A DNA stretch of 64,000 nt from Nitrospiraceae bacterium (GTDB lineage: Bacteria > Nitrospirota > Nitrospiria > Nitrospirales > Nitrospiraceae). The stretch is taken from assembly GCA_050246315.1 (NCBI GenBank), contig JBFWWG010000005.1, forward strand, positions 224,001 to 288,000, given 5' to 3'. Below the pieces are notes generated by a model. The model worked only from the letters and a program-made list of their open reading frames with translations, did not search any database and was not told where the DNA came from. A program made the position numbers and the translations under genes. Below are positions 48,331 through 59,757 of this stretch, piece by piece; positions within the stretch are counted from its first letter, which is position 1, and the number at the start of each line of letters is the position of its first letter.

Positions 48331-49722
48331 ATGAGATGGGCACTGAAGTCTGGGGTGTGGGTCGGGATCGTCGGGCTGGTGCTTGCCGTGACCGCACCGG
48401 CGGCGTTTGCCGAGGAACCGGCCGGACAGTCGACCGGAGGGGGACGCCTAACCCGTGAGCAGGAGCAACCAATTGCGCATCTCTGTGCGGGGTGCGTGGC
48501 GCCGATGTTTACCGACGGCAGTCAGGGGAAGATCGTACCGTACGGACGAATCGAATTGGACGGCATCTACAGCACCAGAAACACCAACCCTCTGGATCCC
48601 CAGCAGTTCAACGGCTATGGGACGGCGGCAGGTCGCCAAGAGAACAGTAGCTCGACCTTGAATCCTCGCTACAGCGTGTTCGGCCTTCGTGCCGACCGGA
48701 CCGACGGGACGAATTCCCTCACCGGCGTGGTCGAGGTGGATTTTTACGGGCAGAGCGACAGCGGCAATAACTTGCTGCCCCGCCTGCGGCTCGCCTATGT
48801 GAAGTACTCTCCCAACAACAACCGGACTCTCTTCACCATCGGTCAGGATTGGAATCCGATCATGGGGTTGCTGACAGATAATATTGACTTTTCCATCATG
48901 GGCTACACGGGCAATCTTTGGCAGCGTATTCCGCAAATCACCGTCAAGCACAACTTCACGGAAAACTTTGAAGGGCTGTTCACGGTCATGCGCTTCGAGC
49001 GCGGCCTGTCCAACTGTTGCGGCAACACGCAGATCCGGCCGACGGATGCCGGTTTTCAGGGCGGCGGGCCGGGCAGCACCGCTTCGTTCAACGATCCCGT
49101 GCAGATGCCGTACTTCGGCACCAGGTTCGCGTATCATGGAACGGACAATCTCGCCGGGACCATGGTGGCCGCCAACGTGGCCTATCGCTGGTACCGATCT
49201 GCGCCCATTCCGTTCAATCCGCTGGTCGGGGCTGCCTTCCAATCGGGGCAGAACATCAATTCGTATCTTGTCGGGGTTGAAGCCGTGCATCAGATCACCA
49301 AGCAACTGAGATTCTCGAGCGAGATCTCATACGGGCAAGCGCTCGGCAACGAGTGGTTCAGGTGGAACCAGGATCTGAACTGGTTCACCGGAGAGGAGGT
49401 TCGGACTCTAACCGGGTGGGTCCAATTGAGCTACGCCCATGCGTGGGACTATACCTTTCTCGCCGGGTATGGATGGGACAATCCGGTCGATTCGGATCTG
49501 CGCGGCAGCATCAATGCCTATGGGGCGGGCGGCGTGAACTCGAACATACAATACCAGTCCAACCAGCGGACGTATCTGACCGTGATCCATCCCGTGTGGG
49601 CGGATCTGATCATGGGCTTCGAATGGCAACACTTCTGGACGAATTGGGCCCAGCCGACGGGGTTGGCGTCCCAGCGCTTTCAGGCGGACATGTTCACGCT
49701 GTCGGCCTGGTACAACTTCTAG
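48331..49722 (+). CDS. Putative outer-membrane porin (DcaP-like), first gene of the urea operon
   Basis: Signal peptide AFA, YGRIELD, EVDFYG, PRLRLAY, IGQDW, alternating beta strands, C-terminal WYNF. Confidence 0.75.
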   Translation: MRWALKSGVWVGIVGLVLAVTAPAAFAEEPAGQSTGGGRLTREQEQPIAHLCAGCVAPMFTDGSQGKIVPYGRIELDGIYSTRNTNPLDPQQFNGYGTAAGRQENSSSTLNPRYSVFGLRADRTDGTNSLTGVVEVDFYGQSDSGNNLLPRLRLAYVKYSPNNNRTLFTIGQDWNPIMGLLTDNIDFSIMGYTGNLWQRIPQITVKHNFTENFEGLFTVMRFERGLSNCCGNTQIRPTDAGFQGGGPGSTASFNDPVQMPYFGTRFAYHGTDNLAGTMVAANVAYRWYRSAPIPFNPLVGAAFQSGQNINSYLVGVEAVHQITKQLRFSSEISYGQALGNEWFRWNQDLNWFTGEEVRTLTGWVQLSYAHAWDYTFLAGYGWDNPVDSDLRGSINAYGAGGVNSNIQYQSNQRTYLTVIHPVWADLIMGFEWQHFWTNWAQPTGLASQRFQADMFTLSAWYNF

Positions 49723-49753
49723 CTGCGCTTACAGAGAGAAAAGGAGTCTGACG

Positions 49754-51121
49754 ATGGATGTGACGCCTCATGATGAGATGAAGGGCACTGAGACCAGCAA
49801 CACGGGTCATGACCACGAACCGTCTCGGCGGGATCTGCTGGCGCAGGGGGTCAAGGCGACGGCCAGTCTGGGCGTCGCGGCGCTGCTCGGGAATCTCGGC
49901 CACTGGGCGCTGTCCTATGCCGCCGACCAGGAACCGATCAAGATCGGGGTGCTGCATTCGCTGAGCGGGACGATGGCTATCAGCGAGGTCTCGCTGCGGG
50001 ATGTCGTTCTGATGGCGGTCGGAGAGATCAACGCCAAGGGCGGGGTTCATGGCCGTAAGGTCGTGCCCGTCGTGGTCGATCCGGCTTCGAACTGGGATCT
50101 CTTTGCAGAAAAGGCCAAGCAACTGCTCCTCCAGGACAAGGTGGCGGTGGTGTTCGGTTGTTGGACCTCCGTGAGCCGAAAATCCGTGCTGCCGGTCTTC
50201 GAGAAGAACAACGGGCTGCTGTTCTATCCGGTGCAGTACGAGGGGGAAGAATGTTCCCGCAACGTGTTCTACACGGGGGCGGCGGTGAACCAGCAGGCCG
50301 TGCCGGCCGTGGAATTTCTGATGAGCAAAGAGGGAGGCGGCTACAAGAAGTTCTATCTGTTGGGGACAGATTACGTGTATCCTCGCACGACGAACAAGAT
50401 CCTGCGGGCGATGCTGTTGGCCAAGAAGGTTCCGCCAGCCAATATTATGGAGGAGTACACGCCCTTTCACCACCAGGATTATCAAACGATTGTCGGCAAG
50501 ATCAAGAAATTCTCAGCCGGCGGAGGTGCCTGCGTCATCAGCACGATCAATGGTGACAGCAACGTGCCCTTTTACAAGGAATTTGCCAATCAGGGCTTGC
50601 GGGCTGAGGATGCGCCGATCATGGCATTCAGCGTGGCGGAAGACGAACTGCGGGGGATGGATACGACGGCACTGGTCGGGCACCTGGCGGCCTGGAACTA
50701 CTACCAGAGCGTGGATGCGCCGGAGAACAAGAAATTCGTCTCCGATTTCAGGACCTACTGCAAGCAGAGCAATCTGCCGGACGGCGACAAACGAGTGACG
50801 GACGATCCCATCGAAGCCGCGTATTTCGGGGTGCACGTCTGGAAACAAGCGGTCGAGAAGGCCGGCTCCACCGAGGTGGACAAGGTACGCAAAGCGGTCT
50901 ATGGGCTGGAGTTTGACGCGCCGGGCGGCAGAAAAAAAATGGATGAAGCCAATCATCACACGCACAAACCCGTCCTGATCGGGGAGATCAGAAAGGACGG
51001 ACAGTTCAACATCGTCTGGCACTCGAAGGGTTTGGTCAAACCGGAACCGTGGAGCGAATACACGAACCCGGACAAGGGTTGCGATTGGGTGGCGCACCAA
51101 GGCACCTATCAGAAGAAGTAA
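49754..51121 (+). CDS. urtA: Urea ABC transporter substrate-binding protein (Tat signal)
   Basis: SRRDLL Tat motif; GVLHSLSGTMAISE, FGCWTSVSRK, YPVQYEG, DYVYPRTTN, AAWNYYQS. Confidence 0.96.
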   Translation: MDVTPHDEMKGTETSNTGHDHEPSRRDLLAQGVKATASLGVAALLGNLGHWALSYAADQEPIKIGVLHSLSGTMAISEVSLRDVVLMAVGEINAKGGVHGRKVVPVVVDPASNWDLFAEKAKQLLLQDKVAVVFGCWTSVSRKSVLPVFEKNNGLLFYPVQYEGEECSRNVFYTGAAVNQQAVPAVEFLMSKEGGGYKKFYLLGTDYVYPRTTNKILRAMLLAKKVPPANIMEEYTPFHHQDYQTIVGKIKKFSAGGGACVISTINGDSNVPFYKEFANQGLRAEDAPIMAFSVAEDELRGMDTTALVGHLAAWNYYQSVDAPENKKFVSDFRTYCKQSNLPDGDKRVTDDPIEAAYFGVHVWKQAVEKAGSTEVDKVRKAVYGLEFDAPGGRKKMDEANHHTHKPVLIGEIRKDGQFNIVWHSKGLVKPEPWSEYTNPDKGCDWVAHQGTYQKK

Positions 51122-51127
51122 GTCCGC

Positions 51128-52705
51128 ATGCACCCCAGGACCAGGCGCCACTCCGATCGACTCAAATGGATGCGACGCGGGCTGCTCCTCTGCTTCGTCT
51201 TGTTGACGCAGGGCTTGGCATGGGGGGAAGAGCGGCCGGTTGGATTCGTGTCCGATTCCGTCGAACAGCAGGTGCGCGCGTTGATGAGCGATGACCCCGC
51301 CATTCAGCAGGCGTCGTTTGCCGCGCTGGTTGAATCGACGGACCCAGCGCTCCTGCATCGGCTGCAGGAGATTCGCGACGATGCCGATCGGTCCACCAGA
51401 CTGGCTCTGAAACCGGTCATGGATCTGGTCAAGAATCGGGTGAATTTGGCCAACGCCGATCCGGATCAGCGGCGTTCCGCGGCGTCGGATCTCGGAGGGC
51501 TGGGGTACCCTGTCGCCATCCCATGGCTGCAAGCGGCGCTCACCGACGAATCCCATCGGTGGGTGCGGTACGCGATTCAGGAAGCCCTGGCATTGATCCA
51601 ATTGCAGAATCCGGATAGCCGAGTCCGATTGGCTGCGGTGCAACAACTGGGCGATCTGGCCAGCCAGCACGGCCTGTCGAAGCTCAAAGACATGGTTGCC
51701 TTGACAGAACAGGCCGAGGCGCCCCCGGGCACGACGGTGGATGCGGCGGTCGTCCAGTCGGCGAAGCAGGCCATTGAGAAGATCGAACGGTGGGCGGTCT
51801 GGTCCAGCGCGTTCGAGACGGTGTTTCATGGGATCAGCTTGAGCTCGATCCTCCTGCTGATGGCCCTGGGATTGGCTATCGTATTCGGCTTGATGGGGGT
51901 CATCAATATGGCCCACGGCGAGCTGATGATGGTAGGCGCCTATGCCACGTTCATGACGCAGGAGTTCTTCAAAGCCTATGCGCCGCCGGATATCTTCGAC
52001 TGGTATTTCTGGACGGCCTTGCCGGTATCATTTTGTGCATCGGCGGTACTGGGCTTGGTCCTGGAAGCGACGCTCATCCGATTTCTCTACGGCAGGCCGC
52101 TGGAAACGATGTTGGCAACCTGGGGGGTCAGTCTGGTCCTGATTCAAGCGGCGCGGGTGACGTTCGGTGACCTGACGGCCGTGACCGCCCCCTCCTGGTT
52201 CAGCGGCGGGGCGCAGGTCATGGTGGGTCTGTACCTGCCGTTTAACCGGCTGTTCATTATCGGACTCTCGGTGATCTCCGTCATCGGCATTTACCTGTTG
52301 CTGTTTCGGTCAGGCCTGGGCCTGCGCGTGCGGGCGGTGATGCAAAACCGCCCTATGAGCGCTTGTCTGGGGATTCCGACGAGAACCGTGGATGCCTATA
52401 CGTTCGCCTTCGGGTCCGGGTTGGCGGGGCTGGCCGGTTGGGCGTTGACGCTGGTCGGCAATGTCGATCCTGGGCTGGGCCAAAACTACATCGTGGACTC
52501 ATTCATGGTCGTGGTCACCGGAGGGGTGGGAAAGCTGGCCGGAACCGTCGTGGCCGCGCTCGGGATCGGAAGTTTGAATAAGCTGTTCGAACCGAGTTTT
52601 GGGGCCGTGTATGCCAAGGTGTTGATTCTGTTGTTGGTTGTGCTCTTCCTTCAACGTCGGCCTTCGGGATTGTTTGCCATCAAGGGACGTCATGCCGACG
52701 CCTGA
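51128..52705 (+). CDS. urtB: Urea ABC transporter permease with N-terminal HEAT-like domain
   Basis: GLMGVINMAHGE, YGRPLETMLATWG, IVDSFMVVV.GGVG. Confidence 0.95.
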   Translation: MHPRTRRHSDRLKWMRRGLLLCFVLLTQGLAWGEERPVGFVSDSVEQQVRALMSDDPAIQQASFAALVESTDPALLHRLQEIRDDADRSTRLALKPVMDLVKNRVNLANADPDQRRSAASDLGGLGYPVAIPWLQAALTDESHRWVRYAIQEALALIQLQNPDSRVRLAAVQQLGDLASQHGLSKLKDMVALTEQAEAPPGTTVDAAVVQSAKQAIEKIERWAVWSSAFETVFHGISLSSILLLMALGLAIVFGLMGVINMAHGELMMVGAYATFMTQEFFKAYAPPDIFDWYFWTALPVSFCASAVLGLVLEATLIRFLYGRPLETMLATWGVSLVLIQAARVTFGDLTAVTAPSWFSGGAQVMVGLYLPFNRLFIIGLSVISVIGIYLLLFRSGLGLRVRAVMQNRPMSACLGIPTRTVDAYTFAFGSGLAGLAGWALTLVGNVDPGLGQNYIVDSFMVVVTGGVGKLAGTVVAALGIGSLNKLFEPSFGAVYAKVLILLLVVLFLQRRPSGLFAIKGRHADA

Positions 52706-52768
52706 GAAGTGTCAATCGTCATGGGTCAATCGTGATTGGAAAGAGAAATGTCCCTTGGCTGAGACCCG

Positions 52769-53956
52769 ATGAGGATTGACCGTTCGTCGAGTAACGAGGA
52801 GTGTGTGGGGAAATCGGCTGACGGCGATCGTCTCGGTGAACGCCGAGAGGGGCTTCTCTACTGGTTGACTGCCTTCCTCTTGCTGGTCTTCGTTCCCCTG
52901 CTGAATCTGCTGCCGGGTCAGGATTCGTGGCTGCATGTTTCGGACTTTGCACTGAATCGCTTCGGGAAGTTTCTCGCCTTCGGGATACTGGCACTCGGGC
53001 TTGATTTGATTTGGGGCTATACCGGCATTCTGAGCCTCGGCCACGGCGTGTTCTTCGGCCTGGGTGCCTATGCGATGGGGATGCATTTGGCGCTGGCGAT
53101 CGGAACGGAAAGTGTTTACGGAAGCGCACTCCCCGACTTCATGGTCTGGAACCAAGTGAAGGAACTGCCGCTGTTCTGGAAGCCGTTTTACAGCTTTCCG
53201 ATCGCGTTGCTCGCTGCGATTGTCGTCCCAATCCTCTGTGCTTGGCTGTTCGGCGCGCTCGCCTTCCGTAGCCGGATCAAGGGCGTGTACTTCGCCATCA
53301 TCACCCAGGCCCTGGCTCTGTCCGCCTGGCTCGTGTTCAACCGCAATGAAACCAACCTGGGAGGTACCAACGGCCTGACGGATTTCAAGACCTTGCTGGG
53401 ATTTCGACTGAGCGACCCCCACACGCAGCTTCTGTTGTACGTGATCACGGTCCTTTGTCTGGGTGGGGCCTATCTCCTTTGTCGGTGGATCGTGCAGTCA
53501 CGAACTGGCAAAGTGCTGGTGGCCATCAGGGACAGTGAACAACGGGTGCTGTTCTCCGGGTACTCGCCGGCCCAGTACAAGCTCTTTGTGTTTGTCGTAT
53601 CGGCAGGTCTGGCCGGCTTGGCCGGCGCGCTCTATGTTCCGCAAGTTGGGATTATCACGCCCGCTCAAATGGGTGTGCTTCCCTCGCTCGAAATGGTCAT
53701 TTGGGTGGCGGTCGGCGGACGGGGTACGTTGGCGGGTGCCGTCATCGGCGCGGTCGGGGTCAATTGGGCCAGGAGTTTGCTCACCAACCATTTTCCGGAT
53801 CTCTGGCCCTTCTTCCTGGGCGGACTGTTCGTCGCGGTGGTCCTGTTCTTTCCCGAGGGGCTGGTCGGTGTGACGAATCGGATCCACGCCCGATTCGCCC
53901 ATCGACGGACTCCGGTGAGCAAAGCGACTTCAGACCGGAGTCTCATGATGACATGA
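52769..53956 (+). CDS. urtC: Urea ABC transporter permease
   Basis: WGYTGILSLGHG, LPDFMVW, GVYFAIITQA, GGTNGLTDF, WVAVGGRGTL. Confidence 0.95.
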   Translation: MRIDRSSSNEECVGKSADGDRLGERREGLLYWLTAFLLLVFVPLLNLLPGQDSWLHVSDFALNRFGKFLAFGILALGLDLIWGYTGILSLGHGVFFGLGAYAMGMHLALAIGTESVYGSALPDFMVWNQVKELPLFWKPFYSFPIALLAAIVVPILCAWLFGALAFRSRIKGVYFAIITQALALSAWLVFNRNETNLGGTNGLTDFKTLLGFRLSDPHTQLLLYVITVLCLGGAYLLCRWIVQSRTGKVLVAIRDSEQRVLFSGYSPAQYKLFVFVVSAGLAGLAGALYVPQVGIITPAQMGVLPSLEMVIWVAVGGRGTLAGAVIGAVGVNWARSLLTNHFPDLWPFFLGGLFVAVVLFFPEGLVGVTNRIHARFAHRRTPVSKATSDRSLMMT

Positions 53957-54720
53957 CGGACCGGGGATCGATCATCTATCTCGAAGGCGTCACCGTTGAC
54001 TACGACGGGTTCAAAGCCTTGAATGGGCTTAACTTCATCGTGGGCCATCACGAGCTTCGCGTCGTGATCGGACCGAACGGGGCCGGCAAGACGACGTTGT
54101 TGGATGTGATTTCCGGGAAAACCAAACCGGTCGCCGGTCGCGTCATCTACGGCCGCGATACGGATCTGCTGCCGCTTCGCGAGCATGAGATTGCCGGTCT
54201 TGGAATCGGACGCAAGTTTCAAGCACCCTCGATCTTTGCCAATCTGACCCTGTGGGAGAACTTGGATGTGTCGCTGAAGCGGCAGAGCAAGGGTGTGATG
54301 GCGACCCTGATGAGCCGGCCGACGCAAGCCGAACGGGCACGCATCGAGGACATGTTGGAAACCGTCGGGCTCCGAGACAAGGCCCAGCTCCGAGCGGGAT
54401 CGTTGTCGCATGGGGAGAAACAGTGGCTTGAAATCGGGATGGTCCTGTTGCAAGACCCGCAACTGCTGCTCGTGGATGAGCCGGTGGCCGGCATGACCGA
54501 TCGCGAAACAGAGCAGACAGGCCTGTTGCTGCAATCCCTGGCGGAAGCCCATGCCATTGTGGTGATCGAGCACGATATGGAATTCGTGAGGCAGATCGCC
54601 CGTACCGTGACGGTCATGCATGAAGGCGCGGTGATCTGCGAAGGCTCAGTGGAGGCGGTTCAGGCGGACGCCCGCGTCCGCGAAATCTACCTCGGCCGGC
54701 AGAAGGTGGCGCATGCTTGA
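53953..54720 (+). CDS. urtD: Urea ABC transporter ATP-binding protein
   Basis: [36 protein letters not shown]. Confidence 0.95.
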   Translation: MTDRGSIIYLEGVTVDYDGFKALNGLNFIVGHHELRVVIGPNGAGKTTLLDVISGKTKPVAGRVIYGRDTDLLPLREHEIAGLGIGRKFQAPSIFANLTLWENLDVSLKRQSKGVMATLMSRPTQAERARIEDMLETVGLRDKAQLRAGSLSHGEKQWLEIGMVLLQDPQLLLVDEPVAGMTDRETEQTGLLLQSLAEAHAIVVIEHDMEFVRQIARTVTVMHEGAVICEGSVEAVQADARVREIYLGRQKVAHA

Positions 54721-55423
54721 ACTCCGCCGAGTGAATGCCTCGTACGGCGAGAGCCATATCCTGCGCGATGTCTCGATGACCGTTGAAACGGGCGAGGTGC
54801 TCTGCCTCATGGGACGAAACGGCGTTGGCAAGACCACCACCTTGAAGACCATCATGGGGCTCATGCCGGTGCAGAGTGGAGAAGTCCGGTTCGAGGGGGT
54901 GGACCTCACAAAGACCCCGCCGGACCGGCGGGTGCGGGCGGGCCTCGGATTTGTGCCGCAGGGTCGGGAGATTTTGCCCCATTTGACCGTCCGTGAGAAT
55001 CTCCGGCTTGGGTTCTGGGCCAGACCCAGGACCGCTCCGGCGATTTCAGAAGAGGCGGCGTTTAAGGAGGTCTATGCCCTCTTCCCCAAGCTCTATCAAA
55101 TTCTCGATCGTCCGGGAGGGGTGTTGAGCGGGGGGGAGCAGCAACAACTGGCCATTGCCAGGGCTCTGCTGGCCGATCCAAAAGTCTTGCTGCTGGATGA
55201 GCCGACAGAAGGGATCCAACCATCCGTGGTGGATCAGATCGAAGACGTGATCCTCGGCTTCAAAGCGCAGCGCCGGTTCGCGATCTTGCTGGTAGAACAG
55301 GGCCTTCACTTCGCCGCACGGCTTGCGGACCGGTACGTCATTATGGCAAAAGGGGCCGTTGTTGCTTCGGGGAAGGCCTCCGAGTTGGGAGAGGAGCAGG
55401 TAAAGCAGCATTTGGTGGTGTGA
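54713..55423 (+). CDS. urtE: Urea ABC transporter ATP-binding protein
   Basis: GRNGVGKTT, VPQGREI, LSGGEQQQLAIAR, DEPTEGIQPS. Confidence 0.95.
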   Translation: MLELRRVNASYGESHILRDVSMTVETGEVLCLMGRNGVGKTTTLKTIMGLMPVQSGEVRFEGVDLTKTPPDRRVRAGLGFVPQGREILPHLTVRENLRLGFWARPRTAPAISEEAAFKEVYALFPKLYQILDRPGGVLSGGEQQQLAIARALLADPKVLLLDEPTEGIQPSVVDQIEDVILGFKAQRRFAILLVEQGLHFAARLADRYVIMAKGAVVASGKASELGEEQVKQHLVV

Positions 55424-55821
55424 TGGTCCAGCGAAGATTGAGCAAGATTGTGAGCATGGCAGGCTCTGTGCTGCTGCTGAGTCTCTCTGCCTGTGCGACA
55501 ACCAGCTACAAGCCTTTGGAACAGACGACGGGCCAGGACGTAGCGCAAGTCGCCGAGAATGAATTTCGGGTGGAGTATCGAGCCGGACTGTTTACCCCGC
55601 AGAAACGGATGGACGACTATATCAAGCTGCGCTGCGCCGAGGTGACGCTCCAGCGAGGGTATGACTATTTCGAATTGGGTGAACGATTCGACAACGTGAT
55701 CTTTTCCCGGACCACTTCGGTGTTGCTCCGCGTGCATAAGGGCAAGATCCCCGAGGGGGCCACTCTGTTCCACGATGCCAGGCAGGTCATGACGGACCTC
55801 CGAGACCTTCCGAGGGAGTGA
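55423..55821 (+). CDS. Small uncharacterised lipoprotein between urtE and ureA
   Basis: Lipobox [17 protein letters not shown]; overlaps the urtE stop codon. Confidence 0.75.
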   Translation: MVQRRLSKIVSMAGSVLLLSLSACATTSYKPLEQTTGQDVAQVAENEFRVEYRAGLFTPQKRMDDYIKLRCAEVTLQRGYDYFELGERFDNVIFSRTTSVLLRVHKGKIPEGATLFHDARQVMTDLRDLPRE

Positions 55822-55856
55822 TTCGGTCACCAGGTTCGACCCGATGGAATGATACA

Positions 55857-56159
55857 ATGCATCTGACGCCGCGTGAACAAGAGAAACTCCTGATCTATGT
55901 CGCGGCCAAGCTCGCTCAGGAACGGAAGGCTCGCGGGCTGAAGTTAAACCATCCGGAGGCGGTGGCCTATCTCACGGCCGGGATCTTAGAAGGCGTCAGA
56001 GACGGACAGTCCGTGGCGGATCTCATGAGCTATGGAGCGACCTTGCTCACACGCGAGGACGTCATGCCGGGTATTGCGGAGATGATCCCTGAGCTGCAAG
56101 TGGAAGGGACCTTTCCCGACGGCACCAAGTTGGTGACGGTTCATCAACCGATTCGATAA
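55857..56159 (+). CDS. ureA: Urease gamma subunit
   Basis: [29 protein letters not shown]. Confidence 0.98.
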   Translation: MHLTPREQEKLLIYVAAKLAQERKARGLKLNHPEAVAYLTAGILEGVRDGQSVADLMSYGATLLTREDVMPGIAEMIPELQVEGTFPDGTKLVTVHQPIR

Positions 56160-56167
56160 CGGACGCC

Positions 56168-56644
56168 ATGGCGACGAAGGCGACAAGATCAAGAGCTCGG
56201 AAGAAGGCGGTGACCAGGAAACGACCGATCCTCGTGCCTTCGGCCGGTCAGCGGTCGGTGGCCGTCGTTCCGGGAGAGATCTTACTGGCCGAAGGAGACA
56301 TCATTGCCTTGCACGGAAAGCAGACGATCGAGATAACCGTCGCCAACCAGGCGGATCGGCCGATCCAGGTGGGCTCGCATTGCCACTTTTTTGAAGTCAA
56401 TCGCGCGCTCAAGTTTGATCGCGAACAGACCTATGGCTTTCGGCTGCAAGTGCCGGCCGGGACCGCGGTCCGCTTCGAGCCGGGCGAAGAGAAACGGGTG
56501 ACGCTGGTCGCATGCGGAGGCAAGCGGGTCGCTTACGGCATCAACGGGCTCACCAATGGAAGGCTCGACGATCCGGAGGTGCGGGCGAGGGCGCTAGCCA
56601 AGGCGCGGGAATTGGGATTTCTGGGAGATCAGGTCTCACGATGA
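56168..56644 (+). CDS. ureB: Urease beta subunit (basic N-terminal extension)
   Basis: [26 protein letters not shown]. Confidence 0.97.
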   Translation: MATKATRSRARKKAVTRKRPILVPSAGQRSVAVVPGEILLAEGDIIALHGKQTIEITVANQADRPIQVGSHCHFFEVNRALKFDREQTYGFRLQVPAGTAVRFEPGEEKRVTLVACGGKRVAYGINGLTNGRLDDPEVRARALAKARELGFLGDQVSR

Positions 56645-58368
56645 AGCTCTCCCGCCGTCAGTATGCCGATCTCTACGGCCCGACAACAGGAGACCGGATC
56701 AGACTGGCCGATACCGAGCTGGTGATCGAAATCACCCGCGATCTCACGATGCCGGGGGAAGAAGCCAAGTTCGGTGGAGGGAAAGTCATCCGTGACGGAA
56801 TGGGGCAATCGCCTGCTGCCACGCGTGCCTCCGGTGCTTTGGATTTGGTCATCACCAATGCCGTCATTCTCGACTATTGGGGGATCGTCAAGGCGGACAT
56901 CGGGGTGCGCGACGGGCGCATCGCCGGAATCGGGAAGGCCGGCAATCCGGATCTCATGGACGGGGTGACTCCCGGCATGGAGATTGGTCCTGGGACGGAG
57001 GTCCTTTCCGCTGAGGGAAAGATCGTCACAGCCGGCGGCATCGATACCCACATCCACTTCATTTGTCCTCAGATCATCCATGAAGCGCTGGCGAACGGAC
57101 TGACAACCCTGATCGGAGGCGGAACCGGTCCTGCGACCGGAACCAACGCCACCACCTGCACGCCGGGAGCGTGGAACATTCATCGGATGCTGGAAGCGGC
57201 AGACGGTTTCCCCATCAATCTTGGCTTTCTGGGCAAGGGCAATGCGTCGCTTCCGGAAGGGTTGCGCGAACAGATCGAGGCGGGGGCCATCGGGTTGAAG
57301 CTGCATGAGGATTGGGGAACGACTCCGGCCACCATCTCGACCTGTTTGGATGTGGCAGAGGAGTACGACGTCCAGGTGGCGATCCACACGGATACCCTGA
57401 ACGAAGCCGGTTTCGTCGAGGATACGATCAAATCGTTCAAGGGGCGCACGATCCATTCGTTCCATACGGAAGGAGCCGGCGGTGGGCATGCGCCGGATAT
57501 CATCAAGGTCTGCGGCGAAGCCAACGTGCTCCCGTCGTCAACCAATCCCACCATGCCCTTCACCGTGAACACGATGGACGAGCATCTCGACATGCTGATG
57601 GTCTGCCATCATCTGAATCCGAGAGTGCCGGAGGATATTGCCTTTGCCGAATCGCGCATCAGACGAGAAACCATCGCGGCCGAGGACATCCTGCACGACA
57701 TGGGAGCGATCAGCATGATGTCGTCGGATTCGCAGGCGATGGGACGGGTCGGTGAGGTGATCATTCGGACCTGGCAGACCGCGCATAAGATGAAAGTCCA
57801 GCGAGGGGGGCTCGCGCCGAACGGTGCCGCTGGTGGCACGGAACGGCATGATAACTTCCGAGCTCGCCGCTATGTCGCCAAGTACACGATGAATCCTGCC
57901 ATCACTCATGGCATCGCGGATGAAGTGGGGTCGATTGAAAAGGGCAAGCTGGCCGATCTTGTTCTGTGGAAACCGGCCTTCTTCGGCGTGAAACCGGAAA
58001 TCGTGATCAAGGGCGGTTTTCCGATGTCGGCCGCGATGGGCGATCCCAACGCCTCGATCCCGACTCCGCAACCGGTCCTGACCAGACCCATGTTCGGGAG
58101 CTTCGGCCGGGCGCCCTATACGACCAGCGTCACCTTCCTCTCCGCGCGCGCGTTGGAACGGGAGGTGCCGCAATCATTAGGACTTCAGAAACGGGTCGCG
58201 GCCGTGCGGGGTTGCCGAGGGATCAGCAAACGAGACATGAAGCTCAACGATGCCCTGCCTCGGATCGAAGTGGATGCGGAGACGTACGAGGTCCGCGCGG
58301 ACGGTCAATTGCTCTCTTGCGATCCGTTGGCGGTGTTGCCGATGGCGCAACGGTATTTCTTGTTTTGA
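56641..58368 (+). CDS. ureC: Urease alpha subunit
   Basis: [54 protein letters not shown]: all Ni ligands present. Confidence 0.99.
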   Translation: MKLSRRQYADLYGPTTGDRIRLADTELVIEITRDLTMPGEEAKFGGGKVIRDGMGQSPAATRASGALDLVITNAVILDYWGIVKADIGVRDGRIAGIGKAGNPDLMDGVTPGMEIGPGTEVLSAEGKIVTAGGIDTHIHFICPQIIHEALANGLTTLIGGGTGPATGTNATTCTPGAWNIHRMLEAADGFPINLGFLGKGNASLPEGLREQIEAGAIGLKLHEDWGTTPATISTCLDVAEEYDVQVAIHTDTLNEAGFVEDTIKSFKGRTIHSFHTEGAGGGHAPDIIKVCGEANVLPSSTNPTMPFTVNTMDEHLDMLMVCHHLNPRVPEDIAFAESRIRRETIAAEDILHDMGAISMMSSDSQAMGRVGEVIIRTWQTAHKMKVQRGGLAPNGAAGGTERHDNFRARRYVAKYTMNPAITHGIADEVGSIEKGKLADLVLWKPAFFGVKPEIVIKGGFPMSAAMGDPNASIPTPQPVLTRPMFGSFGRAPYTTSVTFLSARALEREVPQSLGLQKRVAAVRGCRGISKRDMKLNDALPRIEVDAETYEVRADGQLLSCDPLAVLPMAQRYFLF

Positions 58369-58375
58369 GTCCATC

Positions 58376-59062
58376 ATGGAGACGCTCGCGCTCGTCAACG
58401 GACTCCGCTTCATCGACAGCCTCTTTCCTACGGGTGGATTCGCCTATTCGTCTGGACTTGAAGCAGCTGTACAGGCCGGGCTGGTCCGCACGTCGGGCGA
58501 TCTAGCCCGCTATGTCGAAGATTCCTTGCAGTTTGGGCTTGGACCCAGGGAGGCCGTTGCAGCCGCACGTGCCCATCAGGCGGTCGTTCTGGGGCAACTC
58601 GCACCGGCGCTCGACGCCGATCGCGAACTCGACGCAATGAAACTGGTCAAGGAGGCGCGCCTGGCGAGCCGTCAAATGGGCCGACAGGTGATGCGGATCG
58701 CTGGGGCGCAGTCCGGCGCCGCACCGCTGTTGCTGCAATATCGTGAAGCGGTTGAGGAGGGGCGGACGCCCGGCCATTTCCCCGTGTGTCTCGGCTTGAC
58801 GCTCGGGACCATCGGGTGGACTCGATCGGCGACGGTCGCAGCCTTTCTCTATCATTCCATCGCAGGCTACCTCTCCGCTGCCCTCAAATTGCTTCCGATC
58901 GGCCAGCAGGAAGGGCAGCGATTGATCGAACGGTGGCTCCCGTTGGTGAGCCGGGTAAGCGAACATACTGATCCGGCCTCGTCATTGATCTCCTGGACAC
59001 CGATCCAAGATCTGTACGCCATGCGGCACCGCCGGTTGGCGTCACGATTGTTCCGGTCCTGA
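58376..59062 (+). CDS. ureF: Urease accessory protein UreF
   Basis: [28 protein letters not shown]. Confidence 0.95.
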   Translation: METLALVNGLRFIDSLFPTGGFAYSSGLEAAVQAGLVRTSGDLARYVEDSLQFGLGPREAVAAARAHQAVVLGQLAPALDADRELDAMKLVKEARLASRQMGRQVMRIAGAQSGAAPLLLQYREAVEEGRTPGHFPVCLGLTLGTIGWTRSATVAAFLYHSIAGYLSAALKLLPIGQQEGQRLIERWLPLVSRVSEHTDPASSLISWTPIQDLYAMRHRRLASRLFRS

Positions 59063-59076
59063 GCGAGTGGCGGCAA

Positions 59077-59757
59077 ATGGGCATGGGCCACGACCATCAT
59101 CACCATCACGAGGGCGGCGGGAGGCCGACGCTGGCGCGCGGGCGCGGCATCCCGGTCATCGGGATCGGCGGGCCTGTGGGTTCAGGCAAAACGGCGTTGG
59201 TCGAAACGCTCTGTCACCGGTTGCGCCAGCGTGTCAGCCTGGCGGTGGTGACCAACGACATTTTCACCAAGGAGGATGCGGAGTTCCTCGCCCGGCGCGG
59301 CGCACTCCCGGCGGACCGAATCCTCGGGGTGGAGACCGGCGGGTGTCCTCACACGGCGATCCGCGAAGACGCATCCCACAATCAGGAGGCGTTGGACGAG
59401 CTGCTGAAACGACATCCCGATGTCGAATTGATGTTCGTCGAAAGCGGCGGCGACAATCTTGCCGCGACCTTCAGCCCAGAGCTCGTCGATGGCGTGATCT
59501 ATGTGATCGATGTGGCGGCGGGAGACAAGATCCCCCGGAAGGGTGGTCCCGGCATCACGCGATCCGACCTGCTCGTCATCAACAAGATCGATCTGGCCTC
59601 TTCGGTGGGCGCGGACCTCGGCGTGATGGAACGAGACAGCCGTCGCATGCGCAGCATGCTTCCCTTCATCTTTACGAACCTCCTGACCGGTCAAGGCACT
59701 CCAGAAGTCGTCCAATGGGTCGAGCAATGGCTGCCGCAACGAACCGCGAAGCCGTAG
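59077..59757 (+). CDS. ureG: Urease accessory GTPase UreG with His-rich N-terminus
   Basis: [27 protein letters not shown]. Confidence 0.97.
   Translation: MGMGHDHHHHHEGGGRPTLARGRGIPVIGIGGPVGSGKTALVETLCHRLRQRVSLAVVTNDIFTKEDAEFLARRGALPADRILGVETGGCPHTAIREDASHNQEALDELLKRHPDVELMFVESGGDNLAATFSPELVDGVIYVIDVAAGDKIPRKGGPGITRSDLLVINKIDLASSVGADLGVMERDSRRMRSMLPFIFTNLLTGQGTPEVVQWVEQWLPQRTAKP

Noticed and set aside
48481..48500. CAGC in the porin as a heme c attachment site
   Set aside because: The motif is CxxCV, not CxxCH.
59067..59726. Apparent 220-aa N-terminal extension of UreD overlapping ureG
   Set aside because: An alternative frame of ureG with low-complexity Arg/Pro/Gly sequence; UreD similarity begins only after ATG 59727.
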